NCBI GenBank assembly: GCA_038142325.1
Contig: JAYQJW010000002.1
Coordinates: 491,324-555,323, forward strand
Source of the DNA: Gammaproteobacteria bacterium
GTDB lineage: Bacteria > Pseudomonadota > Gammaproteobacteria > GCA-002705445 > GCA-002716945
DNA length: 64,000 nt
Reading direction: 5' to 3'
Shown in pieces: positions 33,107 to 44,760 of the stretch. The translations under genes were made by a program, and so were the position numbers. Positions within the stretch are counted from its first letter, which is position 1. The number at the start of each line of letters is the position of its first letter. The notes under the pieces are model-generated. The model had not been told where the DNA came from and made no database searches. It worked only from the letters and a program-made list of their open reading frames with translations.

Positions 33107-33664
33107 ATGTTTGATCAAATTAAATCTGACACCACGTCAACAATGGATAAAAGCATAGATAACTTTAAGCTGGTTTTATCAAAAATTCGTGCAGGAAGGC
33201 CAAACCCAAGTATTCTTGATCAAATCATGATTGATTACTTCGGTACCAATACCCCCATCAAACAACTTGCTAATATAACTGTTACAGATGCATCAACAAT
33301 AAGTCTAAGCGTATGGGATAAAAATGCGGTTTCATTAATAGAGAAAGCTCTCAATGAAAGCAACCTAGGAGTTAACCCAACTGTCAATGGTACGAATCTG
33401 CACATAAAGTTCCCGCCACTTACTCAGGAAAGAAGAGAAGAATTGAAAAAAATTGTTAAAAAAGAGGCAGAGAACATTAAGATTACTCTTAGAAATATTA
33501 GAAGAACTGCTAATACATCAATTTCCAATTTAGAGAAGGAAAAGAAGATATCCAAGGACTTTGAAAGGGACTACATTATTGAGATTCAGGAGCTTACTGA
33601 CAACTATATAAAGACCTCAGAAGATATTTCAGATAATAAGATTAAAGAAATAAGTGAAATATAA
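33107..33664 (+). CDS. frr: Ribosome recycling factor
   Basis: IRAGRPNP, PPLTQERR, LRNIRR; 185 aa. Confidence 0.96.
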   Translation: MFDQIKSDTTSTMDKSIDNFKLVLSKIRAGRPNPSILDQIMIDYFGTNTPIKQLANITVTDASTISLSVWDKNAVSLIEKALNESNLGVNPTVNGTNLHIKFPPLTQERREELKKIVKKEAENIKITLRNIRRTANTSISNLEKEKKISKDFERDYIIEIQELTDNYIKTSEDISDNKIKEISEI

Positions 33665-33666
33665 AC

Positions 33667-34335
33667 ATGGACCATATAGCCTTTATAATGGACGGCAATG
33701 GGAGATGGGCTAATTCACAAAAAAAAGCACGTAAGCATGGCCATGAATCAGGCTCATCAAATGTCTATAATATATTTTCTTCATGTATAGATTTAGGAAT
33801 TAACTCAGCAACATTCTTTGCGATGAGTAGCGAGAATATGTATAGGTCAAAAGAAGAAACTGATTATATCTCCTACCTTCTCGATAAATCAATCAAACAT
33901 CACTTGCATGATTTATTGAATAATAAAGTTAAATTCAAAGTCATCGGGGATGTTACTGATTTACCAATCTCAATAAAAAAAACAATTCTACAAGCTGAGC
34001 AACTGACTTCTAAATTTAATAAATATTCTCTTAACATTGCATATAATTATGGTGGACAGTGGGACATTATTAATGCAATTGAAACCATGATTGATGATAT
34101 CGGTAATTTTGATAATACTAAATTACCAGATTATCTATCTACAGGTAGAAACTATCCAGATCTAATCATACGAACTGGAGGTTATCGAAGATTAAGTAAT
34201 TTTATGCTTTGGCAGTCGGTATATAGTGAGTTAGTTTTTGTTGATACTTTATGGCCAGATTTTTGCTCAGATGAGTTAAAGAAGATTATTAATGATTATA
34301 AATTAATCAAAAGGAACTTTGGTAAAGTCGACTAA
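33667..34335 (+). CDS. uppS: Undecaprenyl diphosphate synthase
   Basis: HIAFIMDGNGRWA, NYGGQWDI, DLIIRTGG, RLSNFMLWQ. Confidence 0.96.
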   Translation: MDHIAFIMDGNGRWANSQKKARKHGHESGSSNVYNIFSSCIDLGINSATFFAMSSENMYRSKEETDYISYLLDKSIKHHLHDLLNNKVKFKVIGDVTDLPISIKKTILQAEQLTSKFNKYSLNIAYNYGGQWDIINAIETMIDDIGNFDNTKLPDYLSTGRNYPDLIIRTGGYRRLSNFMLWQSVYSELVFVDTLWPDFCSDELKKIINDYKLIKRNFGKVD

Positions 34336-35147
34336 TGCCAGAATATTTAACAAGAACTCTTACTGGCATGTTTATGTTGGTATTACTAGCATTACTCTTT
34401 TTATTTTGGAACTAATATTATCTTTAATATTACAATATATACGATATCATTAGTCGCATATCTAGAGTGGTTACGACTTACATCAAAATCAATTATATTT
34501 TTTTCCCTTTCTTCGTTTTACTTATATTTTTACATTACTTTCTAATCATTAACCTTACAATATTTTCATATGCTTTTATCATGTTATGGCTTCTACTTTC
34601 TATCTATCTATTTTTCTTTAAAAAATTTCTTCAATATTTTATCAAAAAATACTCTTTGTTGATTGGCACTCTTATTATTTCCTCATTTTTCACTTTCCTT
34701 ATTAATTTGTATCCTTCAAGTAATACAATAATTATTGATAATGAATTAATTGATAATAAATCATATTTTTTGACACTAATATTAATGGTTACATCTGTTG
34801 ATGTATATGCATACATATGTGGCAAAGCAATAGGTAAAAATAAGATTGGTTCAGATATAAGTCCTAATAAAACGTTTGAAGGTTATATAGGTTCCTTGAT
34901 CTTAACTTTTTTTACTTTTCATATTATATCTACTCACTTAAATTTCAATTGGACATTACTTGACTTAATAATTATGTTGATATTTATTTTAATGGCTTTT
35001 TTTGGAGATTTATTTATGAGTTTTATTAAAAGAACTTATAAGAAAAAAGATACAGGATCTATTTTACCAGGTCATGGCGGTATTTTAGATAGACTCGATA
35101 GTTATTTTTCTGCACTACCAGTATTTTTTGTTTGGTTCTTGTCATGA
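34335..35147 (+). CDS. cdsA: Phosphatidate cytidylyltransferase (frameshifted in T-runs of the 5' part)
   Basis: SPNKTFEG, KDTGSILPGHGGILDRLDS; 5' part from ATG 34335 reads MPEYLTRTLTG. Confidence 0.92.
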
Positions 35148-36343
35148 AAAAGATAAGTATACTAGGTTCAACAGGATCAATAGGACAAAACACTCTTGAT
35201 GTCATGACATCATTGAATGGTAATTTCTCTTTATATGGAATTTCTTGTAATAATAATACTGATTTATTACTTAAACAAATTTATAAATATAAACCTAACA
35301 TAGCTGTAATAACGAATCTTGAAAAATATAATTTATTTATCAAAAATCATGGAATTAAGTTAAAAGATACTGAAATATTATTTGGTACTGATGGTCTTGA
35401 AGAAATATGTTCTAACAATGATGTCGATATAGTTGTAGCCTCGATAGTTGGATTTGAATGTTTAAAACCTGTGATAACTGCTATTAAAACTAATAAAACT
35501 ATATTAGCTGCTAACAAAGAAATACTAGTTTCTGCTGGGGATCTTATCCGTGATTTAATTCGCAAATCGAATGCTTTGCTATTACCAATCGATAGTGAAC
35601 ATAATGCTATTCTACAAATAATTTTATCATCAGGATTAGATCTTAAGATATTTCATAATGATTATTACAAATCTAAAATTAATAAACTTACAATTACAGC
35701 ATCAGGCGGACCCTTCATAGATTATAAGCTTTCTGACTTACAAAAAGTGACACCAAAAGAAGCAGTTATGCATCCTACATGGAAAATGGGTGATAAAATT
35801 TCTGTAGATTCATCAACAATGATGAATAAAGGGCTAGAGATTATAGAAGCAAAATTGTTATTTAATTTGGATTTATCTAATATCAATGCTGTAATACACC
35901 GTCAAAGTCAAGTACATGCTTTAGTAGATTTCTTTGATGGAACTACCATTGCTCACTTTTCTCAACCTGATATGCGAATACCAATATCATACGCATTAAC
36001 ATTTCCTGATAGACTGTACACAGGATCATCAAAGTCTTTTGATTTCTCCAACTTAACATTTGAAGCTGTCCCAATAAACAAATTTCCATGTTACCAGATT
36101 GCCAGAGATGTTGCAGAAGTTGGAAAAAATTCTGGACTAATTCTTAATGCTGCTAATGAAATTAGTGTAGAATATTTTCTTAAAGGCATGATTAAATTTA
36201 CAGATATATCCAATATCATCAATAATGTATTGGATCAAAATGAGCTATGTAGTCACACTAATATTAAGTCTATAATAGATAATGATATTTCGGTAAGAAA
36301 ATTAACAAAAGAAATAATAAGTAAAAAATATGGAATTAATTAA
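35144..36343 (+). CDS. dxr: 1-deoxy-D-xylulose-5-phosphate reductoisomerase
   Basis: LGSTGSIG, ANKE, PIDSEHNA, TASGGPF, MNKGLEIIEA. Confidence 0.97.
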   Translation: MKKISILGSTGSIGQNTLDVMTSLNGNFSLYGISCNNNTDLLLKQIYKYKPNIAVITNLEKYNLFIKNHGIKLKDTEILFGTDGLEEICSNNDVDIVVASIVGFECLKPVITAIKTNKTILAANKEILVSAGDLIRDLIRKSNALLLPIDSEHNAILQIILSSGLDLKIFHNDYYKSKINKLTITASGGPFIDYKLSDLQKVTPKEAVMHPTWKMGDKISVDSSTMMNKGLEIIEAKLLFNLDLSNINAVIHRQSQVHALVDFFDGTTIAHFSQPDMRIPISYALTFPDRLYTGSSKSFDFSNLTFEAVPINKFPCYQIARDVAEVGKNSGLILNAANEISVEYFLKGMIKFTDISNIINNVLDQNELCSHTNIKSIIDNDISVRKLTKEIISKKYGIN

Positions 36344-37641
36344 CAGTATAGTTGGATTCATTATTGCAATAGGTATTTTGGTTACCTTTCATGAATATGG
36401 TCATTATCTGGTGGCTAGAATGTGTGATGTTCGAGTGCTTAAGTTTAGTGTAGGATTTGGAAAACCAATTTATTCTTGGATTTCTAGTAAAACAAATACT
36501 AAATATTCACTATGTATGATTCCTCTTGGCGGCTATGTACAAATGTTAGAATCAAAAAACCAAGATGGGCAACCTAGCGAACATTGATGAAAATGACCAT
36601 AAATACTGTTTTGATAAAAAAAATGTTTACCAGAGATTTGCTGTTGTTGCAGCAGGCCCTATTTTTAATTTGATATTAGCTGTAATATTTTTTGCTATAA
36701 CTTTTATGTATGGCATCAGTGGTGTTAAGCCAAAAATATCGCTGGAAAATAATGTTTATGAAGTACTATCTGTAAACAATAATGATGTACAACGATGGCA
36801 GGATGTAAGAGTTGAGTTATTGAATAATGTGGTCAATCAAAAAAAAATTATCTTAACACTAAAAGACACAAACAATAACCTAAATAAATTTCCTGTTAAA
36901 TATGATTCAACCATCTTGAACAAAGAAGGCGATATCGTATCAAATATAGGTTTAGACATAATATATCCGGGACGTGATGCAATAATTGGTGATGTAAATA
37001 CTAATGATAATAATCAAAATATAAAGGTAGATGATCGAATTTTAAGCATCGATGGACAACTGGTAGATAGTTGGAACGACTTTGTAAGTATTATTAAGAA
37101 ATCGCCTGAGCAGAAAATAAACATAGTTGCGTTACGTGATAATAAGGTCATTGATTATGACGCACGCGTACTTGAAAAAAATGGAAATGGATTTTTAGGA
37201 GTTTCAAAAAAAATTGATAAAACAGATTTCGTTTTTGTAAATTATAACTTTTCTGATTCAATCAATCGTGCAATTACTAGTACGTCTGACTACACACTTT
37301 TAACCTTTAAGATGATTGGAAGACTTATTATCGGTGAGGCTAATGTAAAAAACCTTAGTGGCCCACTTTCAATTGCTCAGTTTTCAGGAAGATCTCTTGA
37401 AATGGGACTTTCATATTTTTTGTATCTACTAGCAATTTTAAGTGTAAGTCTGGGAGTCCTAAATCTATTACCAATTCCAATGTTAGATGGAGGTCATCTT
37501 GTATATTATCTTTATGAAATAGTATTCGGTGAAGAATTACCTCATAAAGTTCAATTAGTAGCTCAGTTCATAGGTATAGCACTTCTTGGGTTTATTATGA
37601 TAATTGCATTTTATAACGATTTCGTCAGAATATTTTCATGA
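36330..37641 (+). CDS. rseP: RIP metalloprotease RseP (frameshift ~36575)
   Basis: HEYGH, FSVGFG, IPLGGYV, AGPIFN, NLLPIPMLDGGH. Confidence 0.95.
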
Positions 37642-39970
37642 TTCGAATTTTCTTTCTAATCCTTATTTCTTTTTTTATAAATCTATCTCATGCTGATGAA
37701 CAGCAGCTAAATTTCATTGAAATAGATGGAAACAAAAGAATAACAAATGAAGAGATAATTGAATATTCAAATTTTGAGATTGGCAAGAATTACAATCAAG
37801 ATGATATTTCAGAGATTATAAAACGTTTATTTTCCACAAACCTTTTTACAGATATAAGTATTAAAACGGAAAATAACACTCTAATAATTAATGTTATAGA
37901 GACACCTTTAGTATCTAGAATAAACGTTGAAGGCAACAAACTTCTTGAAACTGAACAAATCATTTCATCTCTTGAAAGTATTGGTATAAAAAAAAGTAAA
38001 CCTTATAGCAAAAATTTATTAGATAAGGTCGAACAGGAACTTGTTAGATTATATTATGATAACGGTCGCTATTCTTCATTAGTTGAGATTGATGGAATTA
38101 AGGTTGAAAATAATCTAGTCAATCTAAATGTAAAAATTAATGAAGGTGAGGCTTCAACTATAAAGGAAGTTAAAATTATAGGTAATAGAAGTTTTTCTAC
38201 CCGTCAAATTAAATCTATCATTAAATCTGGCCCTAAGTATTGGTTTGAATTATGGTCTGATAAAGACATATATAACAATACTCAGCTGGATCAAGATATT
38301 GAATCAATAATACAATTCTATCAGAACATGGGGTACGCAAAGGTTAAGATTGTGTCAAAACAAGTTAACTTATCTTCAGATAAGAAAGATATTTATATAA
38401 CTATTTCAATTGATGAAGGAAAAAAATATATATTTGGAAGCGTTAGCGCAATGGGTCTTGAAAATTTTAATGATGAAATATTTAAAAACATCCTAAAATT
38501 TAATTTAAAACCAGGAACATCATTTAATCGATCAAAAATTGAATCTACTAAAGAGAGCATAAAGTTTGTACTTGGTGAAAAGGGCTATGCATTTCCTGAT
38601 ATAAATTATAATGCTTCATTTAATGATAGTACTTCATCTGTGGATATAGCTTTTCTTATCAACTCAAACTCTAAATCCTTTGTAAGAAGAATAAATATAA
38701 TCGGAAACACCAAGACTAATGATGAAGTCTATAGACGTGAGCTAAGACAATTTGAGTCATCATTGTATCAAGAAAATAAAATTAATAGATCTAAAATAAG
38801 ATTGCAACGTTTAAAATATGTAAATAACGTTGAGGTTAAGAAGACAATCATAAATCAATCGACAGGTGTAATTGATATTGATTTTATAATTGATGAAACA
38901 CAATCTGGTGAATTTCAAATTGGTGCGGGTTATTCTGACTCCTCAGGTGCTATTTTTAACGTTAAGCTTCAGCAAGATAATTTTCTAGGGAAAGGTAACA
39001 ATGTTTCTTTAGAACTAGAAAAAAGTTCTTATAAAAAGATGATTAGATATAGTAATACAAATCCTTATCATACACGAGATGGAATTTCTAAGACTACCAA
39101 CCTTGTTTTTAGTGAAACTGATGTTTCTTCGACTTCTACAGCAGCATATATATCAGATACTATAGCTTATGGAGTTAATTATAATGTCCCAATATCTGAG
39201 ACTAAATCATATGGTTATGGAGGACAGCTAGTTTTAACTGAGTATACGACAACTTCGGGTTCACCATCAAATGTTCGGTCATTTTTAAATAAACATGGTA
39301 ATACACATTTAGGCTTTTTATTTAATGCGAATTACACTGAAGATACAAGAGATCGAACTGTTTATGCGTCTTCCGGTAAAAGACAAAGCATAATTTCACA
39401 TTTGTATATCCCGCCTGATTTTGATTATTCTTATGCGTCTGTTAAATTTATGGGTGAATACAACAAACCTTATAAACTAAACTTTTTAAATATGTTTGAT
39501 TGGAATACTGTTCTTCAAACTAAGCCGCAAATTGGGATTGGTGCAGGTTTAATAGGATCATCAAGCCTACCATTTCATGATAAATTTTTTGCTGGCGGCG
39601 ATCGAACTGTAAGAGGGTTTGATTCTAATAGCTTAGGACCACTCAGAAATAATACTACATGTACAGCAAAACTTGTGATGCAATTGGTGGAGATTTTCTT
39701 TTTGCAATCCAAAATAACTGGATTTTTCCTCCTCCACCATTCTTAGGTGAGGATAATAGAAACTTTAGAGCATCATTATTTGTTGATATAGGTAATGTAT
39801 TTGAAGATATTGCAGATTTTAGTTATAGTGATTTACGTGGTAGTTATGGAATTCAAGGAAATTTCAGAACTCCTGTAGGTGCTGTATCTATTGGATTTGT
39901 GGATACATTCAAGTCTAAAACAGGCGATGATACAAAACCTATTATATTTTCTCTTGGAGGAGCATTTTGA
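37638..39970 (+). CDS. bamA: Outer-membrane assembly factor BamA (frameshift ~39670)
   Basis: POTRA repeats, GNTKTNDEVYRRE, TVRGF lid-lock, terminal FSLGGAF. Confidence 0.95.
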
Positions 39971-40470
39971 TGATGAAGAAAATCTATACATTTTTGCTTA
40001 TAATTTTTATTATTTCACCAAATCTTGTACAAGCTGAAATTAAAGTAGGAATTGTAAAGCTTGATGTGTTATTCAAAGAGATACCTATATACAAAGAGTC
40101 TCAAAATAATATTAAAAATGAATTTAAACCTAAAGCAGATGAACTAAAAGAGATAGAGACTTCATGGAATAAGTTAAATGATGATTATCTTAAAAATGAG
40201 AGAGTCATGTCAAAGGACGAGAGAAAAAACAAAATAAGCCAAATTAATAAAATTGAAAAAGAATTTAGAGAAAAACAACAATCTCTTCAGAAAGAACTAC
40301 AAACTAAACAGAACTCTGAACTAAATAGAATCAGAGTTATTGTAGAGAATGCTATTAATGAATATGCTAAAGATAATGATTATGATTTAATATTAAGAGC
40401 GGACGGTACAACTTTGTATGCTAAGAAATATGTTGATATTACTCAAGAGATTATAAATAAGCTCAACTAG
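39967..40470 (+). CDS. skp: Skp/OmpH periplasmic chaperone
   Basis: Signal peptide, coiled coil, YDLIL, DITQEII; between bamA and lpxD. Confidence 0.92.
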   Translation: MMMKKIYTFLLIIFIISPNLVQAEIKVGIVKLDVLFKEIPIYKESQNNIKNEFKPKADELKEIETSWNKLNDDYLKNERVMSKDERKNKISQINKIEKEFREKQQSLQKELQTKQNSELNRIRVIVENAINEYAKDNDYDLILRADGTTLYAKKYVDITQEIINKLN

Positions 40471-40471
40471 A

Positions 40472-41356
40472 ATGAAGCTAGATAAAGCTTATACTATTAG
40501 TGAATTAGAGAATGTACTTGGCGCAGAGTGTATTTCAAATGATAATAAATTATTTGATACCATATCAACTATTACCAATCCTATTAAAGGATCACTAGGT
40601 TTTCTTACTAGTGATAATGATTATGATTTATCATTATTTGCTGGTTTAATTGTAGATATATCGTTTTCAAGAGAAATAAGTAAAGACATTTTGTTATTCA
40701 GAACTAAAAATGTATCTAAATCTTTATCCAAATTACTTTATAGGATTGATAATGGTAGTGAATACGAATTATTAAAAAATCATCTTAATGTCACAATTGG
40801 AGAGAACGTTTCAATTGGAAGTAATTGTTTAATATATCCTGGAGTATTTATCAATCATAATACTATCATTGGAGACAATGTAATAATACATCCCAATGCT
40901 GTTATTGGCTCTGATGGCTTTGGACTTTATCGCGATGAAAACTCATGGGTAAAAATACCTCATGTTGGCTCTGTTGTTATAGAAAATAACGTTGAAATAG
41001 GTAGCGGCACAACCATTGATAGAGGCATGATTGATAATACATATCTAAGAAAAAACTGTAAAATAGATAATCTAGTACACATTGCGCATAACGTAACGAT
41101 AGGCGAGAATACAGCAATCGCTGCTTGTACTGGAATTGCAGGTAGCACAATTATTGGAAATAACTGCACTATTGGTGGTGGTGTTGGTATTAACGGGCAT
41201 ATAACAGTATGTGATAATGTGCATATTCATGGTATGACAATGGTTACTAAATCTATTAAGAAAGAAGGATCATATGCGTCAGCAATGGCAGCTGATACAG
41301 TTCGTAATTGGAGCAAAAATCAAGTATTATTCAGAAATCTGCATAAGAAAAAATAG
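40472..41356 (+). CDS. lpxD: UDP-3-O-acyl-glucosamine N-acyltransferase (short)
   Basis: IGSDGFG, VEIGSGTTIDRG, KIDNLVHIAHNV. Confidence 0.95.
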   Translation: MKLDKAYTISELENVLGAECISNDNKLFDTISTITNPIKGSLGFLTSDNDYDLSLFAGLIVDISFSREISKDILLFRTKNVSKSLSKLLYRIDNGSEYELLKNHLNVTIGENVSIGSNCLIYPGVFINHNTIIGDNVIIHPNAVIGSDGFGLYRDENSWVKIPHVGSVVIENNVEIGSGTTIDRGMIDNTYLRKNCKIDNLVHIAHNVTIGENTAIAACTGIAGSTIIGNNCTIGGGVGINGHITVCDNVHIHGMTMVTKSIKKEGSYASAMAADTVRNWSKNQVLFRNLHKKK

Positions 41357-41365
41357 GCACATAAT

Positions 41366-41797
41366 ATGATAATTCAAAATTACTTACCTCATAGATACCC
41401 TTTTCTTTTGATTGATAAAGTTATTAAAATCGAAGAAGGTAAAACTATAATAGCAAACAAAAACGTTAGTAATAATGAACCTTTTTTCCAAGGACATTTT
41501 CCTGAACATCCAGTATTCCCAGGTGTTCTTTTGCTTGAAGCTATGGCACAAGCTACAGCAATTCTTGATGTACATAGTAATAAAAGAGATATGACTAAAC
41601 ATCTCTATTATTTCGTTGGTATAGATAATGCAAGGTTCAAAAAACAGGTACTTCCTGGTGATATAATTACTATTCATGCAGAGTTACTTCAAAGCAAAAG
41701 CGAAGTCCATAAATTTGCTGCCTATTGTGAGGTAGAATCTGAAATTGTTTGTAAAGCTGATTTAATTGGAGCGATTAGACCAAGGAATGATACATAG
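41366..41797 (+). CDS. fabZ: 3-hydroxyacyl-ACP dehydratase
   Basis: LPHRYPFLLID, FFQGHFP, PGVLLLEAMAQ. Confidence 0.97.
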   Translation: MIIQNYLPHRYPFLLIDKVIKIEEGKTIIANKNVSNNEPFFQGHFPEHPVFPGVLLLEAMAQATAILDVHSNKRDMTKHLYYFVGIDNARFKKQVLPGDIITIHAELLQSKSEVHKFAAYCEVESEIVCKADLIGAIRPRNDT

Positions 41798-42557
41798 TAC
41801 AGCAATCATTGATCCGTCAGCTGATATAGATGAGAGCGTTGAAATAGGTGCTTATTCTGTTATTGAAAAAAATGTGTCCATTAAAGCAGGCACAATAATA
41901 AAAGAACATTCAATCATCAGACAAAATACATCGATTGGTAAAAATAATATCATCTATCAATTTTCCACAATTGGTGAAGAACCCCAAGACTTAAAGTTTG
42001 ATGGAGAGAACACCACTTGCACAATAGGTGACAATAATACTTTTAGAGAATATTGCAGCATACATCGTGGCACAGAAAAAGGCATATCTGATACATTTAT
42101 CGGGAATAATAATTTATTTATGGCTTATACCCATGTGGCACATGATTGTATAATAAATGACAACTGCATATTATCAAATGCTGCGAGTCTTAGCTGGCCA
42201 TGTATATCTAGAATCATATGTTTCATTAGGGGGTTCAGTTTAGTGCATCAGTTTTGCAGAGTAGGTGAATATGCATTCTCTGGACTTGGGACTGTTATTA
42301 CGCAAGATATAACTCCTTATACACTGGTGTCAGGAAATCATGCAAAAGCATATAAAATAAATGTTGAAGGACTAAAAAGAAAAGGTTTTGATAAAAATAC
42401 TATTCAATCACTTGAGAAATGTTTCAAATTATTTATAAAATCAAAAAAAACATCTGATGAAAAATTAGATGAATATAATTCTCTTAATATAGAAAATGAT
42501 TTCACAAAAAAATTTGTAACTTTTTTTGTTGAAAGTAAAAGAGGTGTTACTAGATAA
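41787..42557 (+). CDS. lpxA: Acyl-ACP--UDP-GlcNAc(3N) acyltransferase (two compensating indels 42190-42233)
   Basis: MIHSTAII, PQDLKF, HVAHDC, VHQFCRVG, INVEGLKR; alternative frame restores LAGHVYLESYVSLGG. Confidence 0.95.
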   Translation: MIHSTAIIDPSADIDESVEIGAYSVIEKNVSIKAGTIIKEHSIIRQNTSIGKNNIIYQFSTIGEEPQDLKFDGENTTCTIGDNNTFREYCSIHRGTEKGISDTFIGNNNLFMAYTHVAHDCIINDNCILSNAASLSWPCISRIICFIRGFSLVHQFCRVGEYAFSGLGTVITQDITPYTLVSGNHAKAYKINVEGLKRKGFDKNTIQSLEKCFKLFIKSKKTSDEKLDEYNSLNIENDFTKKFVTFFVESKRGVTR

Positions 42558-43683
42558 CATTTAGTAATCTATCTATGATACTGTTTAAATTATCCTGCGA
42601 CTTACCTGATAGACTGCTTTTGATTTCCTTGTACATATTAATCATATCTTGTCTATACTTATTATCATTATCAATCTTGTTTAGTTCAACCATAACATCA
42701 ATTTGATCTGAATATGATGGTTGAATGAACTCTTTTACAATTGGTTTTGACCCTATAGTATCACCAAGAACTAAGTTAACTAATCCAATATATTTTAATT
42801 TAACCAAAGATTTCATAACAAAGTATGTGATTAATGATAATTTATACATTATGACCATCGGTACTTCTAAAATTGCTAGTTGAAGTGTAACTGTGCCTGA
42901 AGCACATATAGCTTTTTTACAGTTACTTATTGCATTGATATCCTCTCCTGATTTTAAACATGGATGATAATTCTCAGGTAATAATTTTTCTAATAATTCT
43001 AAACACGTCTTATTGGCATAAAATATTGCAATATTTTGTTTTTTTTTATTTTGTAAACAGTCAAGCATCATGTGTATATTATTTTTAATCTCTGATTCTC
43101 TACTTCCGGGGAAAATACCAAGATCAATTGACCTTTCGTTAATGCTTTTTACAGAATTTATCAAATTAGCATCATGAAATAAAGGGTGTCCAACAAATGA
43201 CACATCTTTTGTATATTTTTTAAAAAATAACTCTTCAAATGGAAATATCACTGCTAAGTAACTTATGTTTTCAATTAGAGATTGCGCTCTTTTTTCTCTC
43301 CAAGCCCAAAGTTGTGGGGCAATATAAAATAAAACAGGAATATTTAAGCTTTTTGCATATTTAGCAATTTTCAAATTGAACTCAACATAATCTACTAAAA
43401 TTATAAGATTGGGTTTAGTATCTTTGATATGGTTTTTAGCTATTTTAAGTGCATCTGAGATTTTATTAATTTTCGAGAGAACTTCAATAACGCCTACTAC
43501 AGAGATCTTTTCTGTATTATATATCATGTTAGCTCCAGTTTTCTCTAATTCATTTTGACCAAAGGCATCAACTATTACATCTTTATTTTTTTCTGTATAT
43601 TGTCTAATAAGTCTAGATGCATGTTGATCACCAGATGGCTCTCCTGCAATAATGAATACTCTTTTTGTTTTGTTAATATTCAT
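42550..43683 (-). CDS. lpxB: Lipid-A-disaccharide synthase
   Basis: AGEPSGD, PQLWAWR, IFPFEE, FVGHPL, PGSRESEI, SGTVTL. Confidence 0.96.
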   Translation of the reverse strand: MNINKTKRVFIIAGEPSGDQHASRLIRQYTEKNKDVIVDAFGQNELEKTGANMIYNTEKISVVGVIEVLSKINKISDALKIAKNHIKDTKPNLIILVDYVEFNLKIAKYAKSLNIPVLFYIAPQLWAWREKRAQSLIENISYLAVIFPFEELFFKKYTKDVSFVGHPLFHDANLINSVKSINERSIDLGIFPGSRESEIKNNIHMMLDCLQNKKKQNIAIFYANKTCLELLEKLLPENYHPCLKSGEDINAISNCKKAICASGTVTLQLAILEVPMVIMYKLSLITYFVMKSLVKLKYIGLVNLVLGDTIGSKPIVKEFIQPSYSDQIDVMVELNKIDNDNKYRQDMINMYKEIKSSLSGKSQDNLNSIIDRLLNVI

Positions 43684-44758
43684 TTATGACATTACATATC
43701 ATTTTTATATCATTTGTTTTTAACTCAGGATATATAGGTATTGATATACATTCTTTTGATATTTTCTCAACCATTGGCATGGAATTATATTTATATACTT
43801 CATAAGCTTTATATTTATAGATTGGTTTTGAATAATAAATTCCATAAGGAATTTTATGTTGCTTGAGGTGTTTTTCAAATTTGTTTCTATTCTTAACTCT
43901 CAAAGTAAATTGATTAAAAGTGTGTTTAGAATTTTTATCTACAAAAGGTAATATAACTTTATCGTTATTTATTAATTTAAAATACATTTTTGCAATGGAC
44001 CTTCTATTCTCTATGAATTTATTGATGTAGGGTAATTTAACTGCCAGAATGGCAGCTTGTAATTCATCCAGTCGACTATTATATCCAATTACATCATGTT
44101 GATTCCTCTTGATTCCACCATGAGTACGGAGTTTCAATAATAAATTATAAGCTTTCTTATTTTTTACCGTAATTAAACCTCCATCTCCAAAACATCCAAG
44201 GTTTTTTGTTGGAAAAAAACTAAAGCATCCAAATTCACCATATGTTCCGCTTTGTTTATTATTATGAGTTGCACCAAAAGATTGAGCGCAATCCTCTATA
44301 TGAGCAATGTTATACTCATTTGCTAGAGTATTAATTTCATCTAATTTACATGTTTGTCCAAAAATATTAACTGATAAGATTGCTTTTGTTTTTCTATTAA
44401 TCATTTTTTTTATATTTTTAGGATTAATATTGAATGTATGAGGATTAATATCTGCAAACACTGGTTTAGCTCCAACTAGCGATATTGCTTCTGAACTAGC
44501 AAAATATGTAAATGGTGTTGTTATTACTTCATCATCTTTTTCGATACCTAAGGCTCTAAGTGATAAAATTAGTGCATCAGTACCAGAATTACAACTAACT
44601 GAATATTTACTACCAAGATAATCATTTATTTTTTTTTCAAAAAATTTAACATTGTCACCTAATATATAATTTCCAGATGCAAGAACTTCGAGTACCTTGC
44701 TATTAATTTTCTTTTCTAATTTTTTATATTGTTCAGTTAAGTCAAATGATTTTATCAT
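43673..44758 (-). CDS. gnnB: DegT/DnrJ/EryC1/StrS PLP aminotransferase, probable GnnB
   Basis: SGTDAL, EDCAQSFGA, SFFPTKNLGCFGDGG, GYNSRLDELQAA; overlaps the lpxB start. Family is secure; GnnB call rests on context. Confidence 0.8.
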   Translation of the reverse strand: MIKSFDLTEQYKKLEKKINSKVLEVLASGNYILGDNVKFFEKKINDYLGSKYSVSCNSGTDALILSLRALGIEKDDEVITTPFTYFASSEAISLVGAKPVFADINPHTFNINPKNIKKMINRKTKAILSVNIFGQTCKLDEINTLANEYNIAHIEDCAQSFGATHNNKQSGTYGEFGCFSFFPTKNLGCFGDGGLITVKNKKAYNLLLKLRTHGGIKRNQHDVIGYNSRLDELQAAILAVKLPYINKFIENRRSIAKMYFKLINNDKVILPFVDKNSKHTFNQFTLRVKNRNKFEKHLKQHKIPYGIYYSKPIYKYKAYEVYKYNSMPMVEKISKECISIPIYPELKTNDIKMICNVINEY

Positions 44759-44760
44759 TG

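Noticed and set aside
42190-42233. Aberrant LpxA segment SWPCISRIICFIR
   Set aside because: Two compensating indels; the alternative frame gives the canonical LAGHV...LGG.
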